Assembly: GCA_963667725.2 (NCBI GenBank) | Contig: CAXXHO010000003.1 | Span: 544,001 to 608,000, forward strand | Reading direction: 5' to 3' | DNA length: 64,000 nucleotides | DNA from: Treponemataceae bacterium | GTDB taxonomy: Bacteria > Spirochaetota > Spirochaetia > Treponematales > Rectinemataceae | Part shown: in pieces, positions 58,145 to 64,000 of the stretch | Layout: each line of letters opens with the position of its first letter | How positions within the stretch are numbered: position 1 is the first letter of the stretch | Position numbers and translations under genes: made by a program | The notes under the pieces: model-generated | What the model was told of the DNA's origin: nothing | Seen by the model: only the letters and a program-made list of their open reading frames with translations | Database searches by the model: none

Positions 58145-59508
58145 TTCAAGTACTCTATCGCCTTCTCATATACGGGATCGGTTCCGCTTTTCAGGTCCTC
58201 GATTGTTTCATAAACCCTGATATTGGGCAATATCGAAGCGCCTTCCTTGGCGAGCATTTCTTTATTGGCTCTTGCCCAGATATAGTGGGTTGTCGCGAAC
58301 TTTATTTTCGTATACGGCAAGGTGATAGGATCGGACATGAAACCATAGCGTATGGAACCGTTACCCACTTGATCGCCTATGATGATTCCCAAATCATTGT
58401 CTTTGATCGCGACGACGAAAAAAGTAGCCGAGCTGAATGTTTGACGACTCGTCAAAACCACGATTTTCCCCGTAAAGGAAAGTTCGCTGTTTTTAGGCAC
58501 CATAGGCCAAAGCCCTTTGGAAACTTGAACATTTCCATGCGGATAATTGGATTTCCAGCCATCGTAGACATAGAGATCCCTAGGCTTATCGATGATATAC
58601 GAAAGAAATTCATTGCACCAGAAGCTGTTTCCTCCGGAATTATTCCTTAGATCAAGAATAAGGGAGGCTGCTTTATTCTTTTGCGCGAAAGCGAATGCTT
58701 CATGCCAAAACTCAACATAGCCTGATTGAGGCAAAGAATTAAGCTGCACATACAAACTGTTCGAATCTGGAATAATGGCATACGTATTTCCGGGCTTTAT
58801 TTCAGTGGTATCGTTTCGGAATCTTGCCGGAATAGCGTATGCGCTTGAGGCAGAAGGGAAGGTACACCCTAAGGTAATATTCCTTTTCTCACCATTTTGC
58901 ACCACAGTAAGCTCAACTTCCTCTCTCTCGTTCATCAAGCCCAAGTGAAGAAGAAGGAAATTGGATAGCATCAGGTCAGGGCTATACATTTTCTTATAGT
59001 CATCCTGGCCTATATCCGCGGCTATAAACTGATTGGCGACTTTTTCGATATCTCCCACTAGCTTGCCGGATATGGCTACAATTTCTGAATACAGAATATC
59101 GGCGGCTGAGGGATCGGTAATAGAAGTAATCACAAGCTTTTTATTGAACCACCAAGCGCCAATACCCATAGATTTTCCAACCGATGTATTAATTCTCGTG
59201 TGTCCGTCTTGCAATGAAGTGATGAATGGAGCGATTTCGTAATAGAAATCAGAGGCATTACTGATATTCTTAAGCTTTTGCGCAGTCGTAGCGACTAGCT
59301 CGTCATAATCATGAAATGAAGTAGTCTGCAAGGGAGTCTTGTAAAAACCGGCATGGTTTTTACGAATGTAATCAGCAAGAATCAAGAAATCCTTCTGGTA
59401 AGGGTTTTCTGCATCAATTTCTTTTACGACATATGGATTTGACTTACAGGAAGATAAAATAACAAGCAGGACTATTAGAGAAAGAGTGATCCTTGATTGC
59501 ATTGGCAT
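58141..59508 (-). CDS. S41 family peptidase, probable lipoprotein
   Basis: Lipobox ILSSC, LQDGHT, LILDLRNNSGG, TFSSA. Confidence 0.87.
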   Translation of the reverse strand: MPMQSRITLSLIVLLVILSSCKSNPYVVKEIDAENPYQKDFLILADYIRKNHAGFYKTPLQTTSFHDYDELVATTAQKLKNISNASDFYYEIAPFITSLQDGHTRINTSVGKSMGIGAWWFNKKLVITSITDPSAADILYSEIVAISGKLVGDIEKVANQFIAADIGQDDYKKMYSPDLMLSNFLLLHLGLMNEREEVELTVVQNGEKRNITLGCTFPSASSAYAIPARFRNDTTEIKPGNTYAIIPDSNSLYVQLNSLPQSGYVEFWHEAFAFAQKNKAASLILDLRNNSGGNSFWCNEFLSYIIDKPRDLYVYDGWKSNYPHGNVQVSKGLWPMVPKNSELSFTGKIVVLTSRQTFSSATFFVVAIKDNDLGIIIGDQVGNGSIRYGFMSDPITLPYTKIKFATTHYIWARANKEMLAKEGASILPNIRVYETIEDLKSGTDPVYEKAIEYLK

Positions 59509-59522
59509 TATTCCTCCAATTT

Positions 59523-59582
59523 TCTTAGCTACTATTTAACCTGCGAAGCTACAGACTGAGTTAGGTTAAGTCATGGTTAGGC
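59523..59582 (-). mobile_element. Integron attC site 2 (60 bp, degenerate)
   Basis: Minus strand reads GCCTAAC-catgac-TTAACCTAACTCAG...CTTCGCAGGTTAA-atagta-GCTAAGA; shares TTAACCTGCGAAGC with attC1. Confidence 0.8.
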
Positions 59583-59884
59583 TGCTCAAGATAATCAACC
59601 GATTTACCCATGCGAAGTGCATAATCAATCTCGCTTCTTGTTGACGATCCAATATACCCACCGACGTTTATAACGAAAACACCGTCAGCCATGTCGATTT
59701 TACGCTTATGCATATCATCAAGCATGATCTTTTGTTCGTCATTTATTGTGTCGCCGGAGTGCCCGAAAAGTCCGACAGACACAACTATGACACCGTCAAG
59801 CGTTAATCTCTTCTGTTGTTCAATAAATTGTTCTTTAAAGCGTGTACTTCCGCAAAGCGTTATGATTTTATATTTTCCAATCAT
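59561..59884 (-). CDS. Cassette gene: small Rossmann-like protein (NDT-like/DUF4406-like)
   Basis: ITLCGSTRF...KIDMADGVFVINVGGYIGSSTRSEIDYA...GK; stop codon lies inside attC2. Confidence 0.7.
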   Translation of the reverse strand: MIGKYKIITLCGSTRFKEQFIEQQKRLTLDGVIVVSVGLFGHSGDTINDEQKIMLDDMHKRKIDMADGVFVINVGGYIGSSTRSEIDYALRMGKSVDYLEQPNHDLT

Positions 59885-59943
59885 TTTTTTTCCTTTACGA
59901 GTTATCCGAGCTTTTGCTGTATGCGAAACGTGGCAGAGCGTCC

Positions 59944-60056
59944 GCCTAACATTGGCTTAACCTGCGAAGCGTAATGGCGCGATTCTTGCCGAGGAGCGTA
60001 GCGACGACTAACAAGAATCGTGACATAGCTGAGTCAGGTTGAAGCAGTTGTTAGAA
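59944..60056 (-). mobile_element. Integron attC site 1 (113 bp)
   Basis: Minus strand reads TTCTAAC-aactgc-TTCAACCTGACTCAGC...GCTTCGCAGGTTAA-gccaat-GTTAGGC, with an extra base in L'' and an inner CGATTCTTG/CAAGAATCG stem; begins 3 nt after the upstream stop codon. Confidence 0.92.
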
Positions 60057-60059
60057 AGA

Positions 60060-61862
60060 TCATACTATTTTCATAAATAATTGTAAAATATCTAACGAAA
60101 GATGCTCTGGGAAATCGTTAATTACAGTATCAATAATATAATTTTTTAATATATTGTCCTCAGTTTTCCCTTTTTTAATTCTATTCAATTCTGGTATTTT
60201 TGTAACAATATATTCTTCTAAATCATGACCTTTCATAGAAAACCATTGACTAGGAACACTATAACTAGAGTGGTTTATTGTTTCATATCTAGTCATATCC
60301 TTTATATCGATATTTATAGTCGTCATTAAATAATTAATGGCATTTTGCATATCTTCTACTGCGATTCTTTTGCAATCAACATAATTATTTATATTCGATA
60401 ATCCAAAATCTGATGGCTTTTTAATATTTTCTCTAAGAAGTAATAAAAAAAGATATATTGGATCAAAAATATAATTTTCGATCGAATATCTATTATTTTC
60501 TCCTAAGACTTTAATATAAACGCTTTCAGTATTTTTTAAATCCCAATCAATTATACCGTATATTAAATCATTTCCTAATTCCCTAAGTTTTGTTACAATA
60601 TCTATAACATCTGTACAATTCGTTCCCAATCGGCTATGCGGTGGAATAAATTGCAGATGGACACTAGTATCACTTTTAACGATTCTGTATATCTTTTCAT
60701 AATATTCTACGTCATAATTATTCTCAACAAATATCTGGCGTCTTCTCTCAATATTAATACGCAGGTTTCTGATCTCACTAGTTAATATCCTAATTGCATT
60801 TTCATGATTAGATTTTATTGGTTTCTTAAGCGACTTATCCATTTCATAAATATATATACCATCTGCTACTGCAACGGTTGTTGGTGAATGTGTTGTAATA
60901 ATAACACTTACACCAGCACGTTTATATATATATTCATTTAATGATTCTATCAGTAATCTTGAAAACTCTGGATGCAAACCGGCATCTGGTTCATCAAGTA
61001 AAAGTAAATCTAATTTTGCTCCTGTCTCCGTAGCATTGTATATTGCCAGCGCTAAGGACATTAAAACTTTTTCTCCCGTTGATAAGTCATTTACTTGAAT
61101 TGATAATCCGGATTCTGGGTTGTTAAGCTTCAAGGTAAATTCCGACTCTTTATTTTGTGATAGAGGATCATTAACAATATAAGGAAGTTTTGCATTTCTT
61201 AATATTTCATTTATTAGATCCCATGGTTTAGGTCCATAAATTACAATAAACTCCTCATCCGATAATACATTATTTGTTTCGCCATATTCTTTATTCTTAA
61301 ACAATTGATATCTATTGTCTTCAAGTCGCGTGTGATATGCTTTGAAAACTGTAGCAAATTGACTTGCAAACATTTCTTCTGGAACAAGAGTATTAAAATC
61401 AAAATATTTACGGAATAAGTCTTCTGTCTGCTCTTCTACTGATAAATGTGATTTTTCTAAAACAGCTTTTATTGCTCTTTTATGATTTGCATCGCCTATA
61501 TGGTTCATCAGCCACTCTATCTCATTTTGCCCTTGTGGAAGCTGTCCTTGTTTCTTTTTCAGTAAATAACTATCTCTTACTGGACTAAACTGATTCCATA
61601 TATTTTTTACATGATTAATGATTGTGTTATATTCACATTTTGAATCAACATTTGGATTCAATCCATTAAATGGTATATACTTAATTTTGCTTGCTTTCTT
61701 CCCATCGACAATCACAGTTGTTTTACTTTCTTGTACTAGTGATTCTAATAAATGGCTTTTGCCCGCACCGTTCTTTCCTGTTAAGATACAAAAGTTTGGT
61801 AATTGAACATCCACACCTACTGGAATAGACTTATGTTCTTTTTTAACAATAATATTTATCAT
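60060..61862 (-). CDS. Cassette gene: ABC-type (AAA_15/AAA_21) ATPase fused to a TOPRIM-like (OLD/DUF4435-like) domain
   Basis: GKNGAGKS, LSTGEK, LLLLDEPD, TTHSP; IFVE..YD, DWD, YSIENY; very AT-rich. Confidence 0.85.
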   Translation of the reverse strand: MINIIVKKEHKSIPVGVDVQLPNFCILTGKNGAGKSHLLESLVQESKTTVIVDGKKASKIKYIPFNGLNPNVDSKCEYNTIINHVKNIWNQFSPVRDSYLLKKKQGQLPQGQNEIEWLMNHIGDANHKRAIKAVLEKSHLSVEEQTEDLFRKYFDFNTLVPEEMFASQFATVFKAYHTRLEDNRYQLFKNKEYGETNNVLSDEEFIVIYGPKPWDLINEILRNAKLPYIVNDPLSQNKESEFTLKLNNPESGLSIQVNDLSTGEKVLMSLALAIYNATETGAKLDLLLLDEPDAGLHPEFSRLLIESLNEYIYKRAGVSVIITTHSPTTVAVADGIYIYEMDKSLKKPIKSNHENAIRILTSEIRNLRINIERRRQIFVENNYDVEYYEKIYRIVKSDTSVHLQFIPPHSRLGTNCTDVIDIVTKLRELGNDLIYGIIDWDLKNTESVYIKVLGENNRYSIENYIFDPIYLFLLLLRENIKKPSDFGLSNINNYVDCKRIAVEDMQNAINYLMTTINIDIKDMTRYETINHSSYSVPSQWFSMKGHDLEEYIVTKIPELNRIKKGKTEDNILKNYIIDTVINDFPEHLSLDILQLFMKIV

Positions 61863-61880
61863 AAAACTTCTCCCGTTTTG

Positions 61881-61905
61881 ATTCTTTCTAACAATAGTTA
61901 TAAAG
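61881..61905 (-). mobile_element. Cassette insertion point (attI-like or secondary core site)
   Basis: Minus strand reads TTTATAACTATTG^TTAGAAAGA, complementary to the TCTTTCTAAC end of the same cassette. Confidence 0.7.
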
Positions 61906-61920
61906 GTCTATCCTATAAGT

Positions 61921-62385
61921 TCATCTTCTTAATCCTTGATCCATATTCTTTAGCATCACCAGCGCCCTATCCAACCCATCTGCAAACAGTTTAGTTTCTT
62001 TGACCGTCCTATGTGACCCTTTTGGTGAAGATGGCACAATGCCCAAAAATCGAAGCTCTTCAGCTGCATCCCGTAGCGAACGGCGTTCGGAGGCGTTTTC
62101 TTTGGTGTAGAGCTCGCCGCGGTCGTTGATTACGGCAATGCCGGATTCCGCGAGGCGCTCGGCGAAGGGAATGTCGCGGGTGACGACGAGGTCGCCCAAC
62201 GCGGCATTCGCTTCGATAAAATGGTCGGCGGCGTCGGGTCCCGCTGGTACGAGGGTTGCGAGAGCGGGGGGCACGTCGGGAAGCTTGCGGGCAGAGACGA
62301 AGCGCACGGGGATGTTTGCGCCACGGCGCACGAGGATAGGGCGGATGTCGCGCGGGGCGCTGTCCCCATCCACCCAGATCGTCAT
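61921..62385 (-). CDS. YaiI/YqxD (DUF188) family protein
   Basis: IWVDGDSAP, DAAD, DLVVTRDIPFA, RGELYT.EN. Confidence 0.9.
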   Translation of the reverse strand: MTIWVDGDSAPRDIRPILVRRGANIPVRFVSARKLPDVPPALATLVPAGPDAADHFIEANAALGDLVVTRDIPFAERLAESGIAVINDRGELYTKENASERRSLRDAAEELRFLGIVPSSPKGSHRTVKETKLFADGLDRALVMLKNMDQGLRR

Positions 62386-63638
62386 GGCGCCGCCTCGGGA
62401 TCTAAATGAGAGGAAGCGAGGGAGCCTACGCGAGCGCGATAGACCGTGCACGGACCGCGCAGGGAATAGGATTTGCAGGCCGCGCCTACGAAGACGGATT
62501 CGCCTCGCTTGAGGGCGATGGATGGATTGGCGCCGGAAGCGCAGTCGATGGTGGCCTGGCCCGCGGTGCAAAGAAGAATTTCGGGGCCGGAAGGCTTCAC
62601 TTCGGCGTGTTTCTGGTCGGAAAGATCGAAACGAGAGAGGGCGAATTCGCGAGCCGGCGTAGGCCAGAAAACCTCGCGCGCGCCGGAAATACCGGCGACG
62701 GGCTCGATGAGCGTAGGCTCGGCCTTGAAATCGAGGGTGCCGAGGAGATCGTCAACATCGACATGCTTGTGTGTGAGCCCGCCCCGGATCACGTTGTCTG
62801 AAGTGGCCATAATCTCGAGAATCGTGCCCTTCAGATACGCGTGCATGACGCCCGCGGGAATATAGATGCCCTGCCCGGGCTCGAGAAAAAGCACGTTCAT
62901 GAAAAGCGGGGAAATCGCCCCCGGATCGTGTGGATAGTGCTGAAAGCACATAAGGACGGTTTGTCCGGCGATCCTCGCGCCCTCGTCCTCACTCTTCGCG
63001 AGATCCCGCGCGCGGGAAGTCGCTTTGATTTCGAGCAACGTCCTTTCCTTATCGCGCAGGGCGAGGGCCTTCCCCAGAAGCCCGCGCAGCGAGGCCTCAG
63101 AGTCGAGGGCAGAAAAACCGAAATACCCGCAAAGCTCGGGACCCAGCATTTCCGCGGCCTCGCCCGCGCTCCTAAAACCGCAGAGCGCCGAAAAGGGCGA
63201 GAGGGCGACCGCCAGCTCGGGCTTGTGGTTCCTGTCCTTGTAGTCGCGCTCGGGCGCCGATCGCGGCAGGCCGCGTTTTTCCTCGCGCTCGAAACCGATC
63301 GCGGCGCGCGCCTTGTCAGGATGCACCTGAATGGAGAGGGGCATCGAGGCGGAAAGCGCCTTGAAAAGGAAGGGCAGGTCGTCGAACTCGGCGAAAACCT
63401 CCTCGCCGAGACTCTTCATCGGATTGTCGTGGATGTACTTCGGGAGGGGGAGAGCCTTGCCGTCGGGCAGTAGCAGAGAGGAGGGAGCGTCCGGATGCGA
63501 GCCCATCCAGCATTCGGCCGAAGGCTTCCCTGAGTCGGTGACGACGCCGGCGTAGAGGGAAAGTCCGTTATAGCTCCCCCACGCGTAGTTGCGTATCGTG
63601 TTTTCGAGCTTGAAAACGGGGGCCGAGGTATCTTTCAT
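62382..63638 (-). CDS. manA: Mannose-6-phosphate isomerase, class I
   Basis: YAWGS, AECWMGSHP, PLSIQVHP, DRNHKPEL, HAYL.G, EIMATSDNVIRGGLT. Confidence 0.95.
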   Translation of the reverse strand: MKDTSAPVFKLENTIRNYAWGSYNGLSLYAGVVTDSGKPSAECWMGSHPDAPSSLLLPDGKALPLPKYIHDNPMKSLGEEVFAEFDDLPFLFKALSASMPLSIQVHPDKARAAIGFEREEKRGLPRSAPERDYKDRNHKPELAVALSPFSALCGFRSAGEAAEMLGPELCGYFGFSALDSEASLRGLLGKALALRDKERTLLEIKATSRARDLAKSEDEGARIAGQTVLMCFQHYPHDPGAISPLFMNVLFLEPGQGIYIPAGVMHAYLKGTILEIMATSDNVIRGGLTHKHVDVDDLLGTLDFKAEPTLIEPVAGISGAREVFWPTPAREFALSRFDLSDQKHAEVKPSGPEILLCTAGQATIDCASGANPSIALKRGESVFVGAACKSYSLRGPCTVYRARVGSLASSHLDPEAAP

Positions 63639-63705
63639 AATGTCGATTTTCCTTGCATCGCCTCGCATTGTACCAGCGCTGTCGAGATGGGGCAAGGAAA
63701 AAGCG

Positions 63706-64000
63706 TCAAGCGTCCAGGAATCGCTCCACTTCGACGGCTATCGTCTCGATGCCCTCGGTGATCAGCTTGCATTTCGGGAGACTTTCTATGAAAAGCTGGC
63801 CGTATCGGGCCGTGGCGAGACGTTGGTCGAGAACGACCGCCACGCCCCTGTCGTCGGAGTGGCGGATGAGCCTGCCGAAACCCTGCTTGAACTTGATGAT
63901 GGCCTCAGGAACGCTGATTTCCATGAAGGAATTGCCGCCGCGCTTCTCGACGGCCTCCGCGCGGGCCTGCTGGATGGGGTCGTTGGGAACCTTGAAGGGC
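63706..64000 (-). CDS. DinG/YoaA family helicase, C-terminal end (gene continues beyond the window)
   Basis: PFKVPNDP...KQGFGRLIR...DRG...LDQRL...YG..F..SLP. Confidence 0.9.
   Translation of the reverse strand, partial: PFKVPNDPIQQARAEAVEKRGGNSFMEISVPEAIIKFKQGFGRLIRHSDDRGVAVVLDQRLATARYGQLFIESLPKCKLITEGIETIAVEVERFLDA

Overview
This is a GC-rich chromosomal segment, most likely from a free-living anaerobic spirochaete (Treponemataceae/Rectinemataceae-like). That assignment is inferred from a BpuR/PUR-domain protein, a long-form Upp, a Borrelia-type bS22 and a RecJ with an insert. Bases 1-38600 hold mostly housekeeping and metabolic genes: recJ, pdp, recO, a BMP-type nucleoside ABC transporter, MerR plus an FGGY kinase, pduL, upp, nudC, gltS-like, infA, dksA-like, trxB, GH3, rnhB, eda, a buk-ptb-vor branched-chain 2-oxoacid fermentation operon and mtgA-like. 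Bases 38600-62000 are accessory: a DUF362/tocopherol-cyclase-like/MarR module with a frameshift, a TRAP-aldolase operon, XRE and PadR-DUF1048 modules, an AT-rich polar-amino-acid ABC operon with DUF3830 and DUF1355 genes, and a CbrA-like/S41 peptidase pair. The strongest signal is at 59523-61900: an integron gene-cassette array with no integrase gene next to it. It has two attC sites, complementary cassette ends and an attI-like or secondary insertion point just behind yaiI. Its cargo is a very AT-rich fused ABC-ATPase/TOPRIM gene (candidate anti-phage defence) and a small NDT-like gene. I also found an unlisted 31-aa ribosomal protein bS22 gene, two probable non-canonical start codons and several apparently leaderless genes. 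I saw no rRNA, tRNA, CRISPR array, transposase or integrase. All product calls come from motif recognition by eye, not database searches.
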